Counted from the stretch's first letter, positions 50,372-60,152 are shown. The stretch: DNA of 64,000 nt from a virus (IMGVR_UViG_3300025401_000648); one strand, 5' to 3'. Program-made: numbers and translations. Notes: a model not told the origin generated them from the sequence alone.

Positions 50372-51806
50372 ACAACCAAAACCCAATTACGATTACAACA
50401 TGCAACGGCTCTACTTGGAAATGTTTCTAAGTGATGCTGAAACTTTTATCAGATGCCAAAATATTTTTGATCCTGAAAACTTTGATCAAAAATTACAAAC
50501 AGCCGCTGAATTTATTACCAAATATGTAGATGAATATAAGGTCATGCCTGAAGTCAGTATTGTTAATGCCAGTACAAGAAGTGACTTTGCCTCAGTGACT
50601 TTGGAACGTGAAAACTATGACTGGCTGTTAAATGAATTTGAGCAGTTCAGTAGACACAAAGGCTTAGAGCGAGCAATTATTGCTTCTAGCGATTTATTGG
50701 AAACTGGTGATTATGGCCCAGTGGAAAAATTGATCAAAGATGCTATACAGGTTAGCCTTAGCAGAGACATGGGCACTGACTATTTTGCTGATCCTAGAAG
50801 CCGACTGAGCAAGCTCAAAGACAATAATGGACAAATTAGCACAGGATGGCCCAGCATTGATAAGAAATTGTATGGTGGATTTAACCGTGGCGAGTTGAAT
50901 ATTTTCTGTGCTGGATCAGGTGGCGGTAAGAGTTTGTTCTTGGCCAATATGGGTGTTAACTGGGCCTTGGCCGGATTAAATGTTATCTACTTGACATTTG
51001 AATTGAGTGAAGGCTTGGTCAGTATGCGATTAGATAGTATGACTACTGGCATTAGTACTAGAGACATTTTCCGTAACATTGATGATGTGGAACTCAAGGT
51101 TAAAATGCTGGAAAAACGCAGTGGACACCTACAAGTTAAGTATATGCCTAGTGGTAAAAATTGTAACGATATTCGGGCCTATTTGAAGGAATATCAGATC
51201 AAAACAGGGGTAAAACCAGACGTTTTACTCATAGATTACCTCGATTTAATGATGCCTTTGTCAGTGAAGGTAAGTCCCAGCGATTTGTTTGTTAAAGACA
51301 AATATGTGTCAGAAGAGATTCGTAATTTGGCCATGGAAACACAATGTATTACGGTAACGGCTAGTCAGTTGAATCGTAGTGCTGTGGAAGAAATTGAGTT
51401 TGACCATAGTCATATTTCGGGTGGTTTGAGTAAGATCATGACAGCAGATAACGTGATTGGTATCTTTACAAGTCGTGCTATGAAGGAACGTGGACGCTAT
51501 CAAATCCAGTTTATGAAGACACGTAGTTCAAGCGGTGTGGGACAAAAAGTTGAATTAGAGTTTAACTTGGATACATTACGCATTACTGACTGTGAAGAAG
51601 AACAGGAAGGCAGTTTTAATCAACAGCGTCAGAACAGTCCATCAAATAGTGTTATTGATGGGCTAAAACGTACTAGTCAAGTCAGCACTAGCACTGAACG
51701 AAGTGATCCTAAAGAAGGCTTTGATTTTAGTAAGTTGCCCAAGCCGCGGACAAATGCTCCAGCAATTAGAAGTATGATCAGTAGTCTAAATCCAGAAAAG
51801 GATTAA
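50358..51806 (+). CDS. Replicative helicase (T4 gp41/DnaB-like)
   Basis: AGSGGGKS, LLIDYLD, TASQLNR, MKTRSS. Confidence 0.93.
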   Translation: MSKNKQPKPNYDYNMQRLYLEMFLSDAETFIRCQNIFDPENFDQKLQTAAEFITKYVDEYKVMPEVSIVNASTRSDFASVTLERENYDWLLNEFEQFSRHKGLERAIIASSDLLETGDYGPVEKLIKDAIQVSLSRDMGTDYFADPRSRLSKLKDNNGQISTGWPSIDKKLYGGFNRGELNIFCAGSGGGKSLFLANMGVNWALAGLNVIYLTFELSEGLVSMRLDSMTTGISTRDIFRNIDDVELKVKMLEKRSGHLQVKYMPSGKNCNDIRAYLKEYQIKTGVKPDVLLIDYLDLMMPLSVKVSPSDLFVKDKYVSEEIRNLAMETQCITVTASQLNRSAVEEIEFDHSHISGGLSKIMTADNVIGIFTSRAMKERGRYQIQFMKTRSSSGVGQKVELEFNLDTLRITDCEEEQEGSFNQQRQNSPSNSVIDGLKRTSQVSTSTERSDPKEGFDFSKLPKPRTNAPAIRSMISSLNPEKD

Positions 51807-52381
51807 AACCAAAGACTGGCTTGATGATACGCACTGGCATCAATAGCCTGTTGCCATTGATGTTCGCCACCATGCGAACTTAGTACTAGATCAACAGTAG
51901 CAGGTACAGTTTCCCAACTCATACTGTTACGCATGATTTTTTTACTGGGACGGACTGATAGGCTTTGTGCTAGCTCAATTCCTTCCCAACTCCAGTATCC
52001 AGCACATGCCCTAAACATGCTAGGGCCTTCTCCAGCACTCAGCGCAGTGAGTACTGATATATCGTTGGTTATGGATAACTCATCATTGATAGACACTGTT
52101 GAGCGACCTGACCAATCTTTACTGTGTATGACATGTACTCGATCTTGACCATTTGGGCCACCAAACCATATGGGATCATGGCCGTCAATATCTATACCAA
52201 TTCTACTACTGATTTCTTGAAGTGTTTGGTTAGGGATGGCTTGATTAATTTGTATACCAATAGCAATGTCAGGAGTATGACTTACCACTAATATTACACC
52301 ATGTTCAAGCGCATGGTGGCTGGTTCTAGGACTAGAACATAATAAGTAGCCAAAATAAGTTTTATTTTTAACTGTTGTCAT
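51803..52381 (-). CDS. YqgE/AlgH (DUF179)-like protein
   Basis: GIQIN, WFGGP, VIHS, AGYWSW, W..VPAT...V pattern; start moved to the ATG 6 nt after TAAATA. Confidence 0.7.
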   Translation of the reverse strand: MTTVKNKTYFGYLLCSSPRTSHHALEHGVILVVSHTPDIAIGIQINQAIPNQTLQEISSRIGIDIDGHDPIWFGGPNGQDRVHVIHSKDWSGRSTVSINDELSITNDISVLTALSAGEGPSMFRACAGYWSWEGIELAQSLSVRPSKKIMRNSMSWETVPATVDLVLSSHGGEHQWQQAIDASAYHQASLWF

Positions 52382-52387
52382 ATCCAA

Positions 52388-52405
52388 TATTTATTGGAAT
52401 AAATA
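52388..52405. promoter_or_regulatory. Divergent pair of late promoters
   Basis: Minus TAAATA 52388-52393 and plus TAAATA 52400-52405. Confidence 0.65.
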
Positions 52406-52412
52406 TCCAGTC

Positions 52413-53108
52413 ATGATATCAAACGAAATTTCTAAACCCATAGAGTATCACAAGGTGCTTAATCCCAAACTGTGGGATCACAATCGTTTAAAAAGCAATG
52501 TTAGGGGTGCCTTGTTACGTATTGCTGAAGATTTTAAAAATTATATTGAGACTCCATTTCGTGTGGTAGACATAGTGATCACTGGTGGTAATGCCAATTA
52601 CAATTACACGACGCATAGCGACATTGATCTACACCTCATAGCAGACTATGATAGTGTGGAATGCGACAGTACTGCGGCTGAATTATTTGACACCAAGAGA
52701 TTATTGTACAAACGTGATTATGATATCAATATTCACGCTGTGCCTGTAGAGTTATACGTGGAAGATAAAGATCATCCTGCTGTTAGTGGAGGGTGCTATA
52801 GTGTGTTACATGGTCGTTGGATCAAACAACCCAACTCCAATCTTCCCGACTATGACAAAGAAAAACTAGAGCATATGGTTGCTGTATGGCATGAAATACT
52901 GAAAAATGCCACAAAGACAGGTTCTTTGGATGCATGTAGAAATGCGGTACAGCTACTACGCAAATACCGCAAGTTGGGATTACAAACTAAATCAGGAGAG
53001 TTTAGTATTCCCAATCTAGTGTACAAGAGTTTACGAAACGATCACACACTGGCAGGAATCACAATCTTAATTGATCGACTACACGATCAAGAATTAAGCC
53101 TAAAATAA
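52413..53108 (+). CDS. Pol-beta-superfamily nucleotidyltransferase-like protein
   Basis: ITGGNANYNY...SDIDLH motif, PVELYVE, GEFSIPNLVYK. Confidence 0.6.
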   Translation: MISNEISKPIEYHKVLNPKLWDHNRLKSNVRGALLRIAEDFKNYIETPFRVVDIVITGGNANYNYTTHSDIDLHLIADYDSVECDSTAAELFDTKRLLYKRDYDINIHAVPVELYVEDKDHPAVSGGCYSVLHGRWIKQPNSNLPDYDKEKLEHMVAVWHEILKNATKTGSLDACRNAVQLLRKYRKLGLQTKSGEFSIPNLVYKSLRNDHTLAGITILIDRLHDQELSLK

Positions 53109-54155
53109 TTATTTGTGTTGGCTTACAATTTCAGGCTTAATTATGGCCTGTATGCCGTAAGCATCGTTAGTCCATACAACTAGGTTTTTCAGGGCTGTTA
53201 TAGTCAACATACTGTCTAATCTCTTTTGTGCTTGTCGAACTTCGTCGCCCACTAACCAAGGATATGCTCCAACTCTGCTGGTAATAATTTGTTGACTTTC
53301 TGGATCAGCAATCATCTTTCGGGCCGCGGCAATCAATCTATCCTTGTTGGGGTTATTTTTATTGACCCAAATAACTTTTTGTAATACGTCCCTATAGCTT
53401 TTGACCAATAGCCAAGCATCGTAAAACTCGCCACTAGGATCTTTGCCCCATTTGGCCTTATATGCTTCGTTAAATGTACTTTGGCCCTTGGGAAAGTTTG
53501 TATCTGAAATTAACTTGCCTGTCTTAATGTCCATGAGTCCTGCTGAGAACCATGTTTGATTAAATGCCAATGGTTCAATTTGTTGTTTGTAGAGAAAGGG
53601 ATTTTCTCTAGTAACATTTAGCTCGCCTCTGATAAATCCCAGTGCTGTTTCAGAATTTTTCATACCCCGAACATAGATAACATGTTTACGAAAACAATCC
53701 AAATAGTCTGCCATCTTGGGCAACGGTCCACAAACCATCATGGTTATGGCCATGGCATCAGGATTCATACCAGACCCTGCGGCAAACTTGATGATGTTTT
53801 TGTAGGGGTCCTGTGTTTTATTATAGCTCACAATGATAGTTTGATTTTGTGCTAGGATAGGTTCATAGTCGTTAAAATTAAACTTAACATCTTCTAGTAG
53901 GTATGCTTCTGCTTGCCCGCCGTTGCTGTACCACATATAGGAGTCATCATAACGATATTTTTCTGCCCATTTGTTGCCGGCAGGAATATCTCGAGCGCCC
54001 TGTATAATTTCTGATCGAATAGGCTCGCCCAAGGCCTTGGCCAGTTCTGGAATAACCACAGTGGGCCACCCGGTGGCGCTGGGTACTACCACAGTCATAT
54101 CTGCCAGTGCCAAATTACAGGCACAGAATAAAATAATTAGTAAAAGTTTCTTCAT
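53109..54155 (-). CDS. TctC/Bug-like periplasmic substrate-binding protein
   Basis: Signal peptide (MKKLLLIILFCACNLALA), VVVP, IQGA, RGELN; adjacent to tctA; divergent. Confidence 0.6.
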   Translation of the reverse strand: MKKLLLIILFCACNLALADMTVVVPSATGWPTVVIPELAKALGEPIRSEIIQGARDIPAGNKWAEKYRYDDSYMWYSNGGQAEAYLLEDVKFNFNDYEPILAQNQTIIVSYNKTQDPYKNIIKFAAGSGMNPDAMAITMMVCGPLPKMADYLDCFRKHVIYVRGMKNSETALGFIRGELNVTRENPFLYKQQIEPLAFNQTWFSAGLMDIKTGKLISDTNFPKGQSTFNEAYKAKWGKDPSGEFYDAWLLVKSYRDVLQKVIWVNKNNPNKDRLIAAARKMIADPESQQIITSRVGAYPWLVGDEVRQAQKRLDSMLTITALKNLVVWTNDAYGIQAIIKPEIVSQHK

Positions 54156-54161
54156 TTGTCC

Positions 54162-55619
54162 TCAATGATAGTTAATGGTTGTGCGGTTAAAAAATAACCC
54201 GTATACTAGTATTATTACACCAAAAGCAAGCAGACACAAACTAATTGGATGATGCAGGAGATCTTGAAATTTATACAGTGCCAAAAATTGCCCTGTGGTT
54301 AGTTCCAATCTATGACTAAGAGTAAAGCCTATGATAAAACTGATCCTACTGATTTTGAAATATTTAAAACATAGTCCCACTGCGGTCATTATGGACAATA
54401 TGGCATAATCCTCCCAGCCGCCTGTATAGTCGACGCAGGACCAAACAATCAAGGCAATCAAAGGGGCCGCCCAATACTTAAAGGGCACACGGGTTATTGC
54501 TGTGGCATATTTTATGAACGCTATACTGATAAAAAATGTTAGAACCAAACTTAGCATGAAACCAAAACTCAAGGCATCAAAAAATTTGTGATTTGACAGC
54601 AGTGTTTGGCTTCCTAGATCCAATCCCACATAGGCCAGTAGGCTCATAACCACTGCTTCAAAAGGAGCCGCAGGTACACCAAACAATACCGTGGGCACAT
54701 AGGCAGTGGCCTTTTGAGCCAGTGTGGCACCCTCAGGACCAATTACACCTTTGACATTGCCTGATCCAAAAGGCATGGTTTCATTTTTGTTTGTGGCCAC
54801 AGTTTGTCCATAGCTTAACCAATCCACAATAGCCCCGCCTATACCAGGCAGTATACCAATTACCCCACCTATGATTCCACCTCTGACACTGATCCATCGG
54901 TTCGCCCACCAATCCCCAAATCCTTGTCGTATTTGTAGCCAATTATCTTGAGATGACTGTAGGTATGTGGTTTTAATTCTAACAGCGTTTATGATTTCAG
55001 GCAGTGCCATCAACCCTGCCATGACTGGAGCAAATTGTATACCATCGGCTAGATAAAACCAGCCACCAGTAAATCGTTCAGCGTTAGTCACAGGATCAGT
55101 ACCAATCGATCCAGCAAATATACCCAATACCAGTCCCAGTATACCTCTTGCCCAATACTGACTGCTTAAGAAACAGATGCTGGTAACAGCCAAGATTAAA
55201 AATGCCCACTGTTCAGGTATACCAAAACTCAACACCACATTGGCATAGTAGGGCAATAGTAAAATAGTTAACGTTCCCCATACTACGCCCTGACTCACTG
55301 AACTAAACACACTGGCACTCATGGCTCTGGCAGCTTCACCGCGTTGAGCCATGGGATATCCATCCACCATGGTGGCAGCACTACCCCCGCCTCCTGGTAT
55401 GTTCATGACCACACTGGCAAACAGATCGCCCACACTGGCTGATACAACCACGGCAGTGGTAAACACAATAAGACTGTAGGGGTCGCCTCGGAAATAGGAT
55501 ATAAAACTATAGATAGTCAGCAAGGCTGTGCCGGCACCTGCCACAGGAATAATGCCAAACACAAATCCATATAGAGTGCCCAATAACAGCCAAGGTGTAT
55601 ATTGAATTACAAAGTCCAT
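54162..55619 (-). CDS. tctA: Tripartite tricarboxylate transporter large membrane subunit
   Basis: GIIPVAG, MNIPGGGGSAATMVDGYPMAQRGEA, GTDP...RFT, LPGIGG, VPTVLFGVP; many TM helices. Confidence 0.85.
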   Translation of the reverse strand: MDFVIQYTPWLLLGTLYGFVFGIIPVAGAGTALLTIYSFISYFRGDPYSLIVFTTAVVVSASVGDLFASVVMNIPGGGGSAATMVDGYPMAQRGEAARAMSASVFSSVSQGVVWGTLTILLLPYYANVVLSFGIPEQWAFLILAVTSICFLSSQYWARGILGLVLGIFAGSIGTDPVTNAERFTGGWFYLADGIQFAPVMAGLMALPEIINAVRIKTTYLQSSQDNWLQIRQGFGDWWANRWISVRGGIIGGVIGILPGIGGAIVDWLSYGQTVATNKNETMPFGSGNVKGVIGPEGATLAQKATAYVPTVLFGVPAAPFEAVVMSLLAYVGLDLGSQTLLSNHKFFDALSFGFMLSLVLTFFISIAFIKYATAITRVPFKYWAAPLIALIVWSCVDYTGGWEDYAILSIMTAVGLCFKYFKISRISFIIGFTLSHRLELTTGQFLALYKFQDLLHHPISLCLLAFGVIILVYGLFFNRTTINYH

Positions 55620-56155
55620 TATCTAAGACGCCACTCAGCGTAGATTCGATTGGTTTGATCCCATCGCAATTCCACAATTTTAAAACCAAACACATCGGCA
55701 AGTCTAATATGTTCTTCAAAAGACCAAGGATAAAAATCAATTAGTTCAGTTTCCACAGCACCGTGGTCTTGGACTCCAGGATTACAACGCCAATATATTC
55801 TTCCCTTGGGTAACAGTAGATTTTTTACTAGGCCAATTTGATTTTCTATGGTTTCCCTTGATCCAAAGTTTATGCTGCCAAGACAAAATGCCACATTGAA
55901 CTGCTCTCGATTGACTCGAGCAAATTCCTCCAAGGTCAGTCTATGATCTGCCTCATCAAAAGCAGGATCTATGCCTATTAGATTAGGTATAAGTTTTTTG
56001 AAATGATTTCGACCACAACCAATGTCTATAACTTGCTCATTGGCGTTAATACGACTGGCCAGTTGTAGCCCAGAATAAATGACCCTGTCTATGTTGCTGA
56101 TAGGCAGTGTGCTCCAGACTTCTCTGAAATAATGTGTTAGTTCCTGTTGATTCAT
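55619..56155 (-). CDS. Class I SAM-dependent methyltransferase-like protein
   Basis: VIDIGCG, GIDP, AFCLGSINF. Confidence 0.75.
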   Translation of the reverse strand: MNQQELTHYFREVWSTLPISNIDRVIYSGLQLASRINANEQVIDIGCGRNHFKKLIPNLIGIDPAFDEADHRLTLEEFARVNREQFNVAFCLGSINFGSRETIENQIGLVKNLLLPKGRIYWRCNPGVQDHGAVETELIDFYPWSFEEHIRLADVFGFKIVELRWDQTNRIYAEWRLR

Positions 56156-56754
56156 GCAATCCGTACATGTGTGTCATTGGCAATGAAATCTAAAAATTCT
56201 TTTGGCGGGGTGATGCCAAGAATTCGGCATAGTTCATGATTGTCCCTGATGTCATTACCTGTCCAATATTTTAACAGACAATAGTTCTGAAGAGCAATAT
56301 GTTTGGACATCGTGTCTAAATCTCGATAGAATTGATAGTTGGGATAGGTGATATTGAATTCACCGCATTTTATCCACCAATCCAAACAATCGCGGTCATT
56401 ACGGTAGACTAGAACTATGGGGCAGTCGGGCCAGTTAGCCCTCAAAAAATCTATATGATAAACAAAATGATGACAGCGTATGATGCGTATACCCTGTCCT
56501 GAGAAGGGGCGATCAAATTCTGCCTCGCACTGTTCAGGCGTACGATCACTGAGTCGATCAAACCATTGCCCAAATTCCATGCCTGGATCAAAGTATGAAC
56601 CACCATGAAACCCCGAAATAATTTCGGTACCCGCATGACTGTAGGTGCGATCCTCAGTATAGTCGGTGCTGTCAATGTCCACACTGTCTTTGATCAGTCG
56701 TGGTATACTGCTCCACCTAGAGCCTGGGGCGCCGGTTACAAAGATATATTTCAT
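56152..56754 (-). CDS. P-loop/sulfotransferase-like protein
   Basis: FVTGAPGSRWS, IIRCH, IVLVYRND. Confidence 0.45.
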   Translation of the reverse strand: MKYIFVTGAPGSRWSSIPRLIKDSVDIDSTDYTEDRTYSHAGTEIISGFHGGSYFDPGMEFGQWFDRLSDRTPEQCEAEFDRPFSGQGIRIIRCHHFVYHIDFLRANWPDCPIVLVYRNDRDCLDWWIKCGEFNITYPNYQFYRDLDTMSKHIALQNYCLLKYWTGNDIRDNHELCRILGITPPKEFLDFIANDTHVRIA

Positions 56755-56762
56755 ATCTTTAC

Positions 56763-58043
56763 TTATTGCGGGGTATCAGCTGTGGGTAAATTATCTGGAA
56801 GGGTTAGGCTACGATCTAATTCAGATCCACGTTTATGCTGACTGAGAATTTCAGGAATATTGAACACACTGTAACTATATTGTTTGACCGTGGTCTTCAT
56901 GGTTGTGTAAGTAGCACATTCAGTTTGATAAAGAGTTTCAAAATTTGTCATGGCCCAACGTTGAAAATCTTCAGTGTTATAAAATGCTTGAAAATTATTG
57001 CCCAGAGTGTTTTTATTCATACGGACTAGATTATCCAAGTGCATTTGGTATTTGAATATGAATCTAAAGTAGCCGGCCAGTTGATATGCGTATTCAACTG
57101 TCATAGGAAACTGACTTAATTTTGGAGCCACAGCAGAATTATACAGTGCTTGACTCACTGCGGTATCACATTGATGTATTCTAGAATGATTACTTACAAA
57201 ATAGTCTTCTGCGGATAGATATTTGTCCGAATCATTCACGGGTGATTTATAAAAGTCATCAATTCTCGAATCGCCCACACTGCCTTGATGACATTTAAAA
57301 AATCTCTTGCCCAAACTAAAATTGTGCTGTAGTACGGGAAACAGTTGATCATTACAGTCACCAGTGATCACAGTCCTATTGCTTACCGGTTGTTTTAAAA
57401 AGTCAAAATGTGAGGGCATTGCATCATTAATAAGATAATTGTTCAAAGGCAGACAATCAAAATTTTGTCGTACATGGTCGTACATCTCAGGAAATTCTCT
57501 TTGGCTGTTGGCATCAAAGGCCACACTGAATTTAATATTGTTTTTGACCAAGGCAGCAAGTATGGCTGTGGAGTCAATACCTCCGCTCCACATGACCACA
57601 GGATTCAAATTAGCATAGCTACCAGCAGTCTCATCCATGATCTCTGCGTAGGTCTTGGCAGTGTAAGTGTCAGACGGTATGGTAATTGGTGATCCGGATA
57701 AAAATATTCCTGAACGGTCAGTGAAATTATCAGCAGGGTATCTACGCACAGGCAACAAGATCAAGGACCTATAGATTTGATTGAATTCTGAATCATTTTG
57801 AATACATTCAGCATCTAATGCCAAATCTGACATTTCTCTGTCGTCAGTGACGTCATATATGCTGACCAACTGTGTTCTTGGATCCTGAAGATCTCCCAAT
57901 AATACCAAATCCACAGGATCAGTGAGTACAGTGGCAGCAGGTACATAGGTCAAAATATTACCCATATAGACCTTGATTTCGTAGTCCTGGGCATTGGATA
58001 GTGACGCAACCTGCTGACGAAGAAGATCTAATGTATCTGACAT
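56763..58043 (-). CDS. Asparagine-synthase-like adenine nucleotide alpha-hydrolase
   Basis: VMWSGGIDST PP-loop and ITGDCNDQLF; no recognisable glutaminase domain. Confidence 0.65.
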   Translation of the reverse strand: MSDTLDLLRQQVASLSNAQDYEIKVYMGNILTYVPAATVLTDPVDLVLLGDLQDPRTQLVSIYDVTDDREMSDLALDAECIQNDSEFNQIYRSLILLPVRRYPADNFTDRSGIFLSGSPITIPSDTYTAKTYAEIMDETAGSYANLNPVVMWSGGIDSTAILAALVKNNIKFSVAFDANSQREFPEMYDHVRQNFDCLPLNNYLINDAMPSHFDFLKQPVSNRTVITGDCNDQLFPVLQHNFSLGKRFFKCHQGSVGDSRIDDFYKSPVNDSDKYLSAEDYFVSNHSRIHQCDTAVSQALYNSAVAPKLSQFPMTVEYAYQLAGYFRFIFKYQMHLDNLVRMNKNTLGNNFQAFYNTEDFQRWAMTNFETLYQTECATYTTMKTTVKQYSYSVFNIPEILSQHKRGSELDRSLTLPDNLPTADTPQ

Positions 58044-58054
58044 AATTTAATTTT

Positions 58055-58609
58055 TTAATTGTATCTAAAGGTTTGATAGCCGGAACCATTAGAATATGCG
58101 GGAGCGTATAATAGCCCTGTATTGGAAAATCCTCCCCATTGATAATAACTGTAACCGCCACCTTGGTAATAATAATATGCGCCGCCAGGAGTGGCTGTGT
58201 AATTATAACCAGTGAGTGAGTTGAAAAAATATCTAGGTGGATAGCCATTCATGATCAAGCCACTATAATAATAGGGGTAATAGTTGTAAACATAAATATT
58301 GAACACACTATAGCCGTTGATTGTAAAGCCAGGATTGTTATAGGTTTGAGATTGGGTGGTGGGGTTGGTGTTGCGATCACTGGTGTAATACCAATTCCAA
58401 CTATAGTATAGAGTGGTACCATAACTGCGTCCGTAGAATTGGCCCATGTTGATGGCTTGGTTGGCGCTCTGCCCCACCAGTTGCTCTGGGAAGGTGTCTC
58501 CCATGGCAATACCTCCGTGATAGGCATAGAAAGCACCCAGCTCATAGCCGATGCCATTGGAGGCACCGTCGTTGCCTAATCCCAGTGTTCCGCTTGATGG
58601 TAATGTCAT
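58055..58609 (-). CDS. Tyr-rich gp38-like adhesin/receptor-binding protein
   Basis: MTLPSSGTL...ELG...INMGQFYGRS N-terminal module; Tyr/Gly/Asn-rich C-terminus; TAAATA 5 nt upstream. Confidence 0.55.
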   Translation of the reverse strand: MTLPSSGTLGLGNDGASNGIGYELGAFYAYHGGIAMGDTFPEQLVGQSANQAINMGQFYGRSYGTTLYYSWNWYYTSDRNTNPTTQSQTYNNPGFTINGYSVFNIYVYNYYPYYYSGLIMNGYPPRYFFNSLTGYNYTATPGGAYYYYQGGGYSYYQWGGFSNTGLLYAPAYSNGSGYQTFRYN

Positions 58610-58634
58610 AGCAGTATTTAGCTGTGTCAATTAG

Positions 58635-58663
58635 TTGATTTTGTTCATGGGGCCCAGTATAAT
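58635..58663 (+). promoter_or_regulatory. sigma70-type promoter TTGATT-N17-TATAAT
   Basis: Upstream of the nucleotidase gene; GGGCCC in the spacer. Confidence 0.6.
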
Positions 58664-58698
58664 TACAGTATATAACCAAGAGAAAGAACACACAAAAT

Positions 58699-59208
58699 AT
58701 GCCCACAATCTACATAGACATGGACGGAGTGGTTGCAGACTGGGAGACCGCTGCCGAACAATTTATCCAACAGCAAAAAGACATCAACAGCCTATGGCCC
58801 GACGAGGAATGGCAACGAATACGCAGTCAAGATCATTTTTATCGGCACTTGCCAGAAATGCCCCGAGCACATGAGCTCATGGCTCTGGCTCGTAGATTTA
58901 GAGACGAATTGGGTTGGCAGTTGTGCATGCTCACAGCCATACCACACAAAAATGACATGCATGAAGTGTTCCATGATAAAATTGATTGGATGGCCGAACG
59001 CTGGCCCGAGGTACGTGTACACTTTGGTCCCTACAGCTATGACAAACAACATCACTGTGAACCCGGGGACATCTTGGTGGATGACCGAACCAGCAACTGT
59101 TTAGAATGGCGTGCCCGGGGTGGCACGGCTGTTCAGGTCACCAAGGACTACGATCTAGCGCTACTAGAGCTGGCGGAATTATTTAGAATCATCAGGCTCG
59201 GTGCCTGA
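58699..59208 (+). CDS. 5'(3')-deoxyribonucleotidase (HAD family)
   Basis: IDMDGV, LTAIP, K..W, ILVDDR. Confidence 0.85.
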   Translation: MPTIYIDMDGVVADWETAAEQFIQQQKDINSLWPDEEWQRIRSQDHFYRHLPEMPRAHELMALARRFRDELGWQLCMLTAIPHKNDMHEVFHDKIDWMAERWPEVRVHFGPYSYDKQHHCEPGDILVDDRTSNCLEWRARGGTAVQVTKDYDLALLELAELFRIIRLGA

Positions 59209-59442
59209 TATTATGGCCGTGCTGGTGTCACGGTCTATTGTCATATAACCTTCACAGGTCATATTCCAGTCGTCACCACCCCCACCTGATCCTGTGACGG
59301 AATCTGTGACCGTGAGCCCTTCTATGCGGAAGTGCTTGAACAAGAACTCCCTACCGTTCTCAAACACACGCCACACATGTTCGGCAGTGCCACGTCCCGC
59401 CTGTCCACGACTCTTGTTGAATCTTATGTGATAGGTGTTCAT
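59179..59442 (-). CDS. Hypothetical protein
   Basis: 87 aa; IRFNKSRG...HVWRVFENG; coupled to the upstream gene. Confidence 0.65.
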   Translation of the reverse strand: MNTYHIRFNKSRGQAGRGTAEHVWRVFENGREFLFKHFRIEGLTVTDSVTGSGGGGDDWNMTCEGYMTIDRDTSTAIISGTEPDDSK

Positions 59443-60152
59443 ATGATCTCAGGCGGCTCGGGTGGGGGCAAAGGCGCCACAGCGAGATTGAAGTGTATGA
59501 AGCGTAGAGGCTTCTTACCACCGTGACGTGTAAAGCTGTGGGGCACATAGCTGTTGGTAAAGAACAACAAGCCTTCACGGGGAGCAAATATGATACTGCC
59601 ACTGGCCATGGTGGCATCACGCCCATTGCGTTCAGGGAGATTGGTCATGTTCTTGCCTGGACGTGGATCGTGTAGCTGTATGATACTGGAATCCTTGGGC
59701 ACGTCTAGGAAGTAAAAGCCCGATAGTTGACTGCCATGCCCATGTGTGTGATATTCCATACTGCTGTGCAGGTGATGTTCCTGGCACCATACCTCGGTCA
59801 TGGCAATCTGTAGATGATCCATGGCATAGCCCTGACTGTTTAATATGTTCCAGCCAGTCTGTGCCACATAGTCCAAGAAGGGCCGTAGTGCCTCCTCGCC
59901 AGTGAGATTGGCAGTTTGATACACGGGGTATAGGGGATTGAGCTTGGTGCTCTTCCTAGTCAGTGACAGATGCTGTAGACTGATTCCTCGCAATGTGTCC
60001 AGGAAATCCTGTTTGACTATGGTATAGGCTCCGGTGACAAAGTGCTGATGTAGACTCAGTAGATCACCCTGCGGAGGTATTGTGGCCTCGGCTGCAGGTG
60101 TTTCACCCATGATGACTTCTGCGGTATGGTCAGTGGCAGTGGTTGATGTCAA
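59439..60152 (-). CDS. 2OG-Fe(II) oxygenase-like protein
   Basis: HTH...LSGFYFL...DPR...FTNSYVPH...RFIHFN. Confidence 0.8.
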   Translation of the reverse strand: MTSTTATDHTAEVIMGETPAAEATIPPQGDLLSLHQHFVTGAYTIVKQDFLDTLRGISLQHLSLTRKSTKLNPLYPVYQTANLTGEEALRPFLDYVAQTGWNILNSQGYAMDHLQIAMTEVWCQEHHLHSSMEYHTHGHGSQLSGFYFLDVPKDSSIIQLHDPRPGKNMTNLPERNGRDATMASGSIIFAPREGLLFFTNSYVPHSFTRHGGKKPLRFIHFNLAVAPLPPPEPPEII

